In this document: positions 53,032 to 64,000 of the stretch, in pieces
Layout: each line of letters begins with the position of its first letter
Position numbering within the stretch: the first letter of the stretch is position 1
Assembly (NCBI GenBank): GCA_951406725.2
Contig: OX597831.1
Location: 24,614,001-24,678,000, forward strand
Direction of reading: 5' to 3'
Source: Octopus vulgaris
Taxonomy: Eukaryota
Length of the DNA: 64,000 nt
The notes under the pieces: generated by a model
Databases searched by the model: none
What the model was told of the DNA's origin: nothing
The model's input: only the letters and a program-made list of their open reading frames with translations
Translations under genes and position numbers: made by a program

Positions 53032-53921
53032 TATCTCCTACTCACTCATGCTTACTCACACTTAGCCACAATTGCTTGTTCATGCTTATACACTCAAATG
53101 TACTCAATTGTCCAATTACCATTCCTCTACATCAGAACGAGTTAAAAAATGATATAATTTTTAAGAAATATATAATATACATTTTTAACAAACATAAGAT
53201 ATATATTTTTTAATGTTGATGAAATCTTTTTAAAGCTTAAAAGTATTTCAAAGTTATTGTTTTGGATTTTTGCATAATCCATGAACATAGTTCATTTGCA
53301 TACTTGAATGCATGTCTTTGTGAGAGCTTTTATTATTAATTACTTATTGATTAAACATTATTTTCGTTAATATACTCTGAAAGCCCATCCTTACAATTAC
53401 TTTTATTATATTCCTTGCATTTAAAATTTTTTTTTATTTTTGGTGTGAAGAATATAAGAAATGTATTTCCCAAAACCATTACTTTAAGATATGAAGTATG
53501 TATTTCAGATTAACAAACTTCTATTTCAAGACTGTCTTGTAGTTTCTTTCAGTATATATATAAAGCAGATTTTATTAGAATCTCTGTTATGCCTTGCAGC
53601 AAGGTCACATAACTCTACTGATTCCCCCAGTTTTTCTCTGTCTGGCTGTCTGGCTAACAACATGTTTCACTCTTACTTCATGCTCGAGCGGTTCGCTGTA
53701 AGAATGCATTCATCTGTAAAAACAATTGCTCCAACAAGAGTTTAAAATAAATAACAAGCCAAAATAGTTCATTGATGCTAGCTTTGAAAAACTGGATGAA
53801 CAGAATAATAAACTGAAAATGTAAGGCGAAAAAAGAAAAAGAAGAAAATTTTTAAATCATGAGAGACGTATATTTATGTATGTGTGTGTGTGTATGTATG
53901 TGTTTGTTTGTGTATGTGTGC

Positions 53922-53961
<40 letters not shown>

Positions 53962-54557
53962 TAGTGTGTGTGTATTTGTAGCCTTTTTATTATTATACCT
54001 CTTCATTTTGTTGTTGTTTAGTTCCAAGTCAGACCTGATCCAGCTGACCTATGATCAAATGTTTTCCAGCTTTGTTCATTCTGTCTCTTCTTGCCTTTTT
54101 CAGGACATAGAGTATCTAGGAGTACATTATCTCAAGTGTTCTTCCACTCTTTTTTCCTTTTTCTTTTTTTTTTTTCTTTTAAGATTGTACGCTGTGATAC
54201 ACCATGGCTTCCCATATATTTTCTTAACATACTGAAACTACAAGCTGGTGAAATAAATTTCTTATCACACAACCATATCTGTGCAACTATGCTAATATGT
54301 ACAACAAACCTAATATGATACATATATTCCATTATCTACTGAAATTTAAATGCGATATTTATGTTGTTAAAGCCACCAAGATCACATGTATTATGTATAC
54401 TTATTTAAGTGAATGTAAACAAGTGTTTATGTGCATATATGCATATCCTAATTTATATATAGATATATTATCGATGCAGGTTATAGGGCTGGCATGACCG
54501 TATGGTGGTAAAGAAGCTTGCTTTGTAATTATGTAGTCTTGGGTTCAATTCTATTAT

Positions 54558-54932
54558 CTTTAATCTCTTGTTTCAGTCATTTGACTGTGGCCAATGCTGG
54601 GGCACTGCCATGAAGGGCTTTTAGACAAACAAATCAACCCCAGGTCCTTTATTTTTTTAAGCCTGGTACTTATTCTGTTGATCTCTTTTTGCTGAATCGC
54701 TAAGTTATGGGAATGTAACACACTAACGCTGGTTGCCAAATGGTAGAGGGGTAACAAATACAGGTATAAAGACACACACACACATATATACGACGAGCTT
54801 CCTTCAGTTTCCGGTTACCAAATCCACTCACGAGGCTTTGGTCATGACACTTGACCAAGATGCCATGCAGTGGGACTGAACCCAGAACCATGTGGCTAAG
54901 AAACAAGCTTCTTACCACACACCCATGCCTGC
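54558..54932 (-). mobile_element. SINE family A
   Basis: Reverse-complement head and tail. Confidence 0.83.
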
Positions 54933-55240
54933 ACTTACGCTCAAGTGTGGCTGCATGGTTTATTGCTCAGCATCAAGGGCAAGTGTCTTCTACTATAATT
55001 TTGGATTGACTAATGTCTTGGAAATGGACATTGATGGATAGAAACTGCACAGAAGCTTGCCATATATATTTATGCATGTATGTTTGTGTGTGAGTCTGTG
55101 TGTATGTGTATGAAAGCTGTCACTTCTGTACCTTATCTGTGTAAAACAATCATAATGTCATCCATCATATTTAATTTCCAGTGAACATTATGTTCTGTAG
55201 GTCTGTAATTCACAACCAACTTTCTTTTTTTTCTTTGTGC

Positions 55241-55470
55241 CCTTTTAAAGCCTAGCCAGGCTCATGGGCCTGGTTTCCCAGTTTCAATGGCATATGTGTT
55301 CCCCGGCTGGACGGGACGCCAGTCCATCACAGTGTTACTCATTTTTACCAGCTGAGTGGGCTGGATCAATGTGAAACGACGTGTCACAATGCGTCACCTG
55401 GTCCAGGAATCGAAACCACAATCTTACGATCATGATGCTGACACCCTAACCACTAAGCCACGCACCTCCA
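55241..55470 (-). mobile_element. SINE with family C head and V-domain-like 3' module
   Basis: Minus strand GGTGCGTGGCTTAGTGGTTAGGG...CACTCAGCTGG...TGTGATGGACTGGCGTCCCGTCCAG, resembling the V-SINE domain as I recall it. Confidence 0.7.
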
Positions 55471-55485
55471 CACAACCAACTTTAA

Positions 55486-55702
55486 CCTTTAGTATTCAGA
55501 CTATTCCATCAAATGTATTGCTTATTTATTCATTTTATTTTGAATTAATCTCACAGAATCTCACGGCTTTGAGATTTCAATAACGTGACTTTATTTTTAG
55601 TATTGGTTTATAAGGTACATACAAAGTGCCAGATCTGGCCACTTTGAACATAAAGCAAGCAGAATATTTTGGGCAGATATAGCCGGTTTAAATGCTAAAG
55701 GG
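55486..55702. mobile_element. piggyBac-type MITE, second family
   Basis: TTAA|CCTTTAGTATT ... AATGCTAAAGGG|TCAA. Confidence 0.7.
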
Positions 55703-55808
55703 TCAAAAAGACTGCATCAGAAAAAAGTACTCAGTCAGTCTATGATAGCAAAGTAGATGAACATGCATTGGAAATCAGCCTATATTTTAAGACAATATTA
55801 ATATTCCT

Positions 55809-56041
55809 AAGGCAGCGAGCCGGCAGAATCGTTAGCACGCCGGGTGAAATGCTTTGCGGTATTTCGTCTGCCGCTACGTTCTGAGTTCAAATTCCGACGA
55901 GGTCGACTTTGCCTTTCATCCTTTCGGGGTCGATTAAATAAGTACCAGTTACGCACTGGGGTCGATATTATCGACTTAATCCGTTTGTCTGTCCTTGTTT
56001 GTCCTCTCTGTGTTTAGCCCCTTGTGGGTAGTAAAGAAATA
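55809..56041 (+). mobile_element. SINE family B, full length, with perfect 15-bp TSD
   Basis: AATATTAATATTCCT at 55794-55808 and 56042-56056. Confidence 0.95.
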
Positions 56042-56861
56042 AATATTAATATTCCTCGCTCTCTGTGCTCTGCCACTGAGGTTCTCTGTAACTTAGATTA
56101 TGATTGAATTTAAAATCTTGATTATTCTACTTTTGTTTTCACCTTAAGCAAATTTAATTTTCACTTGTACTATTTGTACAGTTTGTATACCATTGTTTTC
56201 GAAAGCAAATGACAGATTGTGTAAGTCTAAAGTGAAGATATTCATTAATATATATCAGCTGCCGCTATATTCTGAATGTATTCTTATTAAACAAATGATT
56301 TTACATATATTTCAAATTATTACACAAGATTCCAGTTTAATGTGAGTTAGTATTAAACTGAAATTGCATCACACAGACTTTAGATTTCTGTCAAGTCAGC
56401 AGAGTTGTGTTGAGAAAAGACAAAAATAGTTGCTTGAATCCTTGCCAAGAATTATTAATTTGTCTCCCTCAGTTTGACACTTCTTTAAAGATTTCTCATG
56501 TAGTAGATGTTTAATTAAGCACCGGAGTTTGCTATATGTGGGAATTTGTTGTGTTAATGCCTTCCATAACTGCATTTATTAAACACATTTGATATAAAAG
56601 TCTGGTAACGGTAAAGATTTATTAGCTGTTGCTCTTACTAAAAGTTAAAACTGGTAGCTAATGTAGTCATTCAACTTGCTAGGAATAGTATCCAATTTTC
56701 CCTCCAGTCTCCACCTTCTCCTTTACTCTCTTGGAAAAGGGGCAGCAGACACATTTGGTCAAGCTGCTATAGATAAACTATGAATAAAATATTGCATGGA
56801 TACAGCTGAAGCATCTTTGATCATAAGTCATCTGAAAATATTTCAAACATTGACAAATACC

Positions 56862-57024
56862 TTAGGAATGAGAACCCAGGTTCGAAATTTCCCCAAGACA
56901 CCTGAAGAAGGCTGGAGGGTATATCAGCTGAAACGATGTGTTAACAACAAACAAGATGAGGACAAATATCCGTCGAATGTAAATAATGTACATAAATTCC
57001 TCATCTCTTAAATATAGAACTGTA
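56862..57024 (+). mobile_element. Penelope-like terminal remnant containing a minimal hammerhead motif (56898-56941)
   Basis: ACAC-CTGAAGA-A-GGCTG GAGGGTATAT CAGCT-GAAA-CG-AT-GTGT; downstream ATAAATTCCTC also follows the 22264 motif. Confidence 0.6.
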
Positions 57025-57029
57025 TTATC

Positions 57030-57490
57030 CATTGTCCATGCTAGTATGGATTGGATGGTTTGACTGGGATGGCTGGAAGACTGGGATGGCTGGAAGACTG
57101 TGCCAGGACCCAGTCTGTTTTGGAATGGTTTTCTCTGACTGGATGCCCTTTCTAATGCCAACCACTCTGAGAATGTAATGAGTGTTTTACGTGCCACCAG
57201 CATGGGTGCCATTTGTGTGACACTGGTATCTACCATGACTATTATTTTGCTCAGCTTGATGGGGTCTTCTTCTCCAGCATGACATAATGCCAAAGGTCTT
57301 GGTCATTGCCTCCATGTGGCCCAACACTTGAAAGGAGATTGGTCACTTTACCTCCATGAGGTCCAACGCTCGAAAGGAACTCAGCCACCTCACCTCCGTG
57401 AGGCCCACTTAAAAGGAACTCAGCCACTTCGCCCCTATACCCATAGAGCCCAACACTCGAAAGGAACTCAGCCACTCCATGAGGCCCAAC
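57030..57490 (-). mobile_element. SINE family D with internal tandem repeats
   Basis: GGATGCCCTTTCTAATGCCAACCACTC; repeated AAAGGAACTCAGCCAC units at 57370-57480. Confidence 0.75.
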
Positions 57491-58746
57491 GTTCTAAGAT
57501 TGTTTTTTGTTTTCTGGGTTCAAATCCTGCTAAGGTCAACTTGGGTATTTATCTCTCTGGGATCAATAAAACAAAGTAGCTGTTAAATTCTGGGGTCAAC
57601 TTAATCAACTAAATCCTGCCTTTGAAATTTTAGGCATTGTGTACATGACACCTTAGGCAGGTGTCTTCTGTTATAGCCCCAGGCTAATGAAAGCCTTGTC
57701 AGTGGTTTTGGCAGATGGAAACTAAAACGAGCCGACTGTATGTGTGCGTGTGCATGTGTGTGTGTGTGTGTGTGAAAAAGAGTGTGCATGTCTGTGTGTG
57801 TGTGCATGTGTGCATGTGTGCATGTGTGTGTGCATGTTAATTATTCCTGGACTTCACAAGGTATCTGTGATGTGTCTGATCTTGGAGAACATTACCTTGC
57901 TTGGAATTATGTGAGGGTTGATGACAGGGAAGGCATCTGGCTGTAAGAAGTTTGCTTCAACTCTTTCTCATACACACACACACACACGCACATACAGTGG
58001 GCTTCTTTTAGTTTCCATCTGCCAAAACCACTGACAAGGCTGTCATTAGCCTGGGGCTATAACAAAAGACACCTAACTTCTGTCCAACTCATGTAAGCAT
58101 GGGAAAGTGCACATTAAATGATGATGATGTGTCTGCTATAAACAATTATTTATGCTTTTGCTGTGTCTAGATAGAGTTATCATGTCAATATTACTGACAC
58201 ACACACACACCACTTCAACAAAAACAAAAACAAAATTATTTATAACGATATCTACCCAAAAACCATACAAACAGAAAACACCATGGTTTCAAAGTTATTA
58301 TGTCAGTGATAGGATGTGACCCATCGTCAATCTTTCCACCATTAAAGCTATCTCTGTTGCCAATATTATTAGTTACTGATATCAGATTATGTAAACAGTT
58401 ACCATTTCTTCTCGCACCTTATCAACTTAACTACCGCTAAATTCTGTTACGTTTGTGTGATACTTGGAAACTAAATCTTCTCCATTATAGCAAAACAATA
58501 ATCCTATACTTCTCACTGGGACATGTAAAGAATTTTTTAATCTTTTTATTGATTATTATTATCATTATTATTATTATTATTATTATTATTGCTGACAATA
58601 TCAAATTACCTTCTGTAGTGATATCTTAATGCAACATTTAGCTTCCATCCGGTTTCAAACTTCTTTGATTAATAATTTTGAAATAAACTCAATTGTTTTT
58701 AAGTATTTGATGAAAATAACAATAATAATAATAACAATAATATTTA

Positions 58747-58813
<67 letters not shown>

Positions 58814-59520
58814 TGTGACTTATAATGACTTTATTTTATAGCGTTGTAATTTAGTTTCTTAAAGTACTTAACAGATTTTACTGCTGAGCGTTTAAAAGAC
58901 TGCCAGTATCACTGGGGAATAGCGATAATGATGATGATGATGATGATAATGACGATGATAATAATGAAACGACTGAAGAAGAGTATGTATTGGGGACAAT
59001 AAATAGAAAAGACAAAAACTTATTGTAAAAAAAAACAACAACAAAAAAGACTATTTGACAGAAGCTTTTAAGGCATCAAATATCTCTTGTTCAATTTTAG
59101 TTTTATATAGGTTTGATGGCTTGTGAGATGACTGTAGAATGAAACAGATTTAAGTAGGATGTTACTTGTTTGTGAAGCAGGAAATAACTTCATGAGTGTT
59201 TATGGGGAAACAAGATTTATAACCTAAAATAAAAATATAACTGAGTGGTTAAGAAGTTTGGTTTACAATGAGGAGGCCTTAAGTTCAATTTTATCACGGG
59301 GTATTTTGAACAGGTGTTTTTTTTTAGCTTCATCTACGAAACTTTGCCTTTGAAATTACAGACATTGTGTAGTAAGAAGTTTACTTCCTAACCACATAGT
59401 TTCTGAATTTAATCTTACCGCATGGCATGGCACCTTGCTCAAATGTATTCTAAGGTAGCCCTGGGCCAACCAAAGCTTCGTGAGTGGATTTGGTTGACAG
59501 AAGCTGAAAGATACCAATTG

Positions 59521-59566
<46 letters not shown>

Positions 59567-61154
59567 TACATATGTCTCTTCTGTTTTTTAATTATCATTA
59601 ATCTTCCACTGAGGAGGGAACTGGTTCCCAACAAAGATACAAGGCTCCCTCATTGGGATGTAGTTAACACAGACAAATTCAGATTTGGAACTTGAGAAAT
59701 GTCTTGCATGTTTTTACTGTTCCACTCACAGATTGCTCCTGTAATGTATGAATTAGCCGGTCCGTTTCTTTTTCTGAAAATCCCAGTTTATCCAGATTCT
59801 CCTTTAAGCATTTACGAACAAAACCTTGCAAAATCTTGCATTTCATGTTTCTTCCCTCCTACACACATACACACACACACACAGTATTCTGTCTATGATG
59901 GTGAGATCAATATAAAAAGTACTTCATCTGGTGAGAGATAAATATTATTTAATAAACACAATATATGTTCTTGTGTGCTACTATTAGTTCTACGTGCTGA
60001 GAACATGCCAAACAATGCTGTTAACACATCTTATGTGTCAGATGATTGTGCTAGGACACCAAACGTGTTAAAAATCACTTTTTGGCATATTCTCAACACA
60101 TGAAACTAATAGTAGCACGTAAAAACATATTGTGTTTATTAAATAAAATATATGATGATTGTTTCATCGTGTCTGATGATAGCTGTCTCCCATTCAAATA
60201 ATCATGAGACCACAGCATGCCATTTGATTTTAATGACAAAAGCTTGCACAACACTTTGACTACTCCCTGAGTAGCCTTGTAGATTCTAGTGACAAGTATT
60301 GGAAGATAACTGGTATTATTTCTATGGCAAGACTTACACCAGAGTACCTTTCTCCCAGAAGAGCTGCCTTCTCCAGAGCTTTGTCAAGAATAACTGGAAG
60401 TTAAACAAAACCCTGGAGATTTATTTAACCCATTGATGGAACACTGCCAGGTATTACCATTCTAGGTCACAATGGACTTGAGAGTAATGGTAACTAAAGC
60501 ATAACTCCACAATTCCCACAACTCCAGAAATCCCATGTTTACCAGTTGCTAAAATGCACCTCTATTTTACAAGTATATTTCATGGAAAAATACTTAGCAC
60601 ATTTCATCATATACTTATTGAAAGATATTTTAAAGTCATACTATGTGAGAAATATATGACATTGTGCATGTAAGTTCAATGCTGTGACAATATAATGGAA
60701 TAAATTATGAAACCACAAATTATATATAAACTACTTTATACAAATGCTGTATTTCAGCTTTCTTCTTTCAAATCAATCACATAGTTTTTTAGCATTTCGG
60801 TTAAGAGAATTGACAGCTCGGATGTAAAGTTCATATTTTTGGTTATGATGTTTTGTGTTGTCATGATCAACCATCAGGGTGGGGGTCCCACTGCAACAGT
60901 TTTGGTGTCATTTATTCATTGCTGATAGGTAGATGAAAGTTTAACGTTTCTTTCATCTTTGCAGGATAATTTTTATTTGAATAATTGAAATATGTTTCTT
61001 ATAGGTAACATGGTCTTTCAACAATGTTTAACATGTCAGGTATGGGTTGCATATGCAGAGGAAAGGAGTACAGTAATACAATATGAACTCCCTGACATTA
61101 CTTCCTATGTGCCATAAGCAATTTTTTTGTAAGTTTGTGCTCATATATAGTTCA

Positions 61155-61372
61155 TAGGAGTGGCTGTGTGGTAAGTAGCTTGCTTACCAACCACATGGTT
61201 CTGGGTTCAGTGTCTTCTACTATAACCTCAGGCCGACCAAAGCCTTGTGAGTGGATTTGGTTGATGGAAACTGAAAGAAACTCATTGTATATATGTATGT
61301 ATTTGTGTATGTGTCTGTGTCCCCCCCCCCCAACATCACTTGACAACCGATGCTGGTGTGTTTACATCCCTG
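61155..61372 (+). mobile_element. 3'-truncated SINE family A abutting a mariner fragment
   Basis: Head conserved; similarity stops at TTTACATCCCTG. Confidence 0.85.
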
Positions 61373-61618
61373 CAGTAATTTTTGTCTGGTTCCCAAAGCA
61401 TCAAGTGCCGAAAATGAACTTTCTTATCTTCCATTTTAAAGGGTTACAGAATTAACACAGGTTATAGGAACATAAACTATCTTCCACGAAAAGATAGCTT
61501 AAACTGTGCTATAAATGGAGGTGTAGTCAAATCCTATTTTATGGACTCAACCATGTTCTAAAATAAGTCGAAATGTAAGCTACTATAAATCGGCACAAAC
61601 TTTCCGGACAACCTAATA
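61371..61618 (-). mobile_element. Second copy of the deleted mariner, carrying the other TIR
   Basis: Matches 43932-44148; ends AAATCGGCACAAACTTTCCGGACAACCTAA plus TA, the inverse of the 43610 TIR. Confidence 0.9.
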
Positions 61619-62659
61619 TAATAAAAAGTGTGTCTTATACATTAGAAAATACAGCAAGTGTGTGCCTCTGTGTGTGTTTGTGTATGTGTGTGTGTATTTA
61701 TGAGTGACTAGGTAGGATGTAAAAGTTTTGTCAACTGATAAGATCTAGATAAAATGTCCATCATATTTAACACAAGACAAAGTTCAATAAACGAAATCTA
61801 AGAAAAAAGTCGAAAAATAAATAACGAAAAAACTTATATTATTCACTAAAGTTTTTTATTTCATATTTTTGTACAGTAAACTTCTCAAATATCAGCATCC
61901 AGAATAATGGAACATCTAAGCTAATGGCATTTTTGGAAATCATTATATCATAAATTTGGCAATATATTGCGAACATTGAACTAGTTTATTTACATCCACT
62001 TCCACCATTTTGGATTTTAATTTATTTTAAAATGTTTAATTTTTGGCCAAATTGTTTAATGTGCATTTAGCAAGTAATAAAGTGGTATTTATCATTATAG
62101 TCTATATATGTTTCTTATTTATGTAATAAATTATTTTAAAAATTAAAAAAACATTCTAGGCAATGGAAAATTCTTCAACATCATCTCAGATTTCCTGTGT
62201 TTGCATAATGTAAGAAGTTGATTCTGCATAATTTGAGAGAGCAACATAGTGTCGATGTTTCAAACCAGGTCATTCCTGATCAAACCAAGTAGTGTTCAAA
62301 GGCATTCCAGTTATGACCACCCCATATTTTTTACAGATACAGTGGATACAGAATCACATTATCTGATGTTTCCTTCTTTTCTAACAGAGTAGGTGGTGAT
62401 CAAAGAACTATTCTCTCTTTACAGGTACAGTTTATCTCAATTGTACATTATCACAAATGCCTGTCATATCTTTTAATAGACTGTAAGGTGTAATTTGAAT
62501 GAAATTTGACAGCTATTTCTGATAGGTCAAGTGTAACCACTGGGGCTCTTGTCTTAGCTATGTATTAGACATTATAAACAACAATTTGGTACAGAACATA
62601 CAAAACAAAAAACATTGACCAATTGATGAGAGTTAAGTGACATGGTTAGCCAATACAAA

Positions 62660-62865
62660 TTTATTGCAGAAGACACTTGCTCAAGGTGCCATGCAATGGA
62701 ATTGAACCGGGAACAATGTGATTGTGAAGCAAACTTCTTTACACACACACACAAACCTAAAGATGACATTACCCAACATGAAATTATAGTAGAAGACACT
62801 TGCTCTTGGTAGCATGCAGTGGGACTGAACCTGGAACCATGTGGTTGCGAAGCAAACTTCTTTAC
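62660..62865 (-). mobile_element. Two tandem SINE family A head fragments
   Basis: AGAAGACACTTGCTC...GAAGCAAACTTCTTTACACACAC twice. Confidence 0.75.
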
Positions 62866-63417
62866 ACACACGAGCACACATACACACACACACACACATA
62901 GATATAATGCCAATAGAAAGCCTGTAAAAAATTTGCATAATCACAACTGCTGTACTACCTTTAAGTGTAAGACATTAAACTCTAATCTGGTCTAGTCAAC
63001 CATATTAGACTTCAATTTGAATAAATACGGTAAATATATACAAGTTACAGGTGGGGTTTTTTTTAACACAAATCTTTGTGTTCAAATTTTACTGTGCAAT
63101 GGAATTCACTATAGTAACTTCTAGAAAATTCTAAATATTTAACTCAAAGACAGCCTTCTATTGATTCTCCTTTAAGACACTGAGTTATGGATATCTAACA
63201 TGCTTATGAACATATACAAATATCATATACAAATATCAATCAAACTACAACATTCTAAAAGCTTTTCCCAGAACTTGGTCAGTTTATGCACAACGAATGT
63301 GAATGATGCAAACTCCAGATGCAACTCCATTTGATCACAGCCCAGTATATTAGAAAAGAAGGACATGGTGAATGGTATCGTTCTTTCCATGGTGCACTGT
63401 GCTCAGAAAAAGTATAA

Positions 63418-63790
63418 TTATAATAATGAAATTATTATATACAGTGCTCAGGTGCACCACAACTTGTCAAAAGTCCGTATAAAGAATATGCAGTAATGTA
63501 CAAATGTCTGGAAAGTGAACAGTGCATGAGTCAGATACATGCTTGCGTGTGTATGGAGGGGAGAAAATCAGGTGTAGTGTTGGCGAATCTCAGGAAGCAT
63601 GGAAGTTTTGAAGGATGCAGTGCTCCGACACCTAACAACTGATGCCGGCAGTTTGTTCCATACTTCAGCAACTCTTAGCACGAAAAAATGTTTCCGAAAG
63701 TCATGGGAGCTGTGCTGTTTTCTGACTTTGTAATCGTGTCCACGGGTGTTAGACAGGTGGAGTTTGAAAAGGTATGTGCTGTTAATATCT
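63418..63790 (-). mobile_element. 5'-truncated CR1/L2-type LINE: ORF2 C-terminus plus 3' UTR
   Basis: TRGHDYKVRKQHSSHDFRKHFFVLRVAEVWNKLP is the typical TRGH..FF..RV..WN.LP ORF2 C-terminus; stop at 63568; second copy at 34918-35140. Confidence 0.88.
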
Positions 63791-64000
63791 AGAATACGTT
63801 TCATCATCAGATTGTTCAATTAGTGTTGACATGGAGGTAAACAACAGCTGCATAGGGAATCCATGTTATAAAAAGAAACAGTAAAATTCTTTATGCAGCA
63901 GATATGGCAACTTTAAAACTTTAAAAAATAAATAACTTCATATTACAAAACATATAAGGTATTGGAATTTTAAAAGATGAAAGACAACCATTCATTTGAA

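Noticed and set aside
60173-60225. CTGATGA followed by a hairpin (also CTGATGATGAAA at ~11066)
   Set aside because: No correctly placed GAAA and stem III, or no stem II; not a hammerhead
61872-62228. Possible pogo/Tigger-like MITE ends (also ~50738 and ~61627-61655)
   Set aside because: TIRs too degenerate to delimit by eye

Overview
AT-rich, microsatellite-dense eukaryotic non-coding DNA. The repeat families resemble those I recall from cephalopod (Octopus-like) genomes; this is recognition from memory, not a database result. No intact protein-coding gene, rRNA, true tRNA or CRISPR array is supported. Almost every ORF in the track is an artefact of (TA)n/(CA)n/(AAT)n repeats or SINE sequence. 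The window holds many copies of about five SINE families (A-E), 3' remnants of LINEs (RLE-type, CR1/L2-type, and a probable partner sharing the SINE-B tail), mariner deletion derivatives, piggyBac-type MITEs and a probable non-autonomous Helitron. The most unusual signal is a set of short islands, several inside (TA)n tracts, carrying complete or partial minimal hammerhead-ribozyme motifs with palindromic stem III. Three of them are long fold-back palindromes whose axis sits at the 5' edge of the ribozyme, consistent with Penelope-like or retrozyme termini. Other leads are a strong AG|GTAAGT site with a 30-nt microexon (recursive-splicing-like), SINE-B dimers always joined at one internal position, and TGACA motif clusters.
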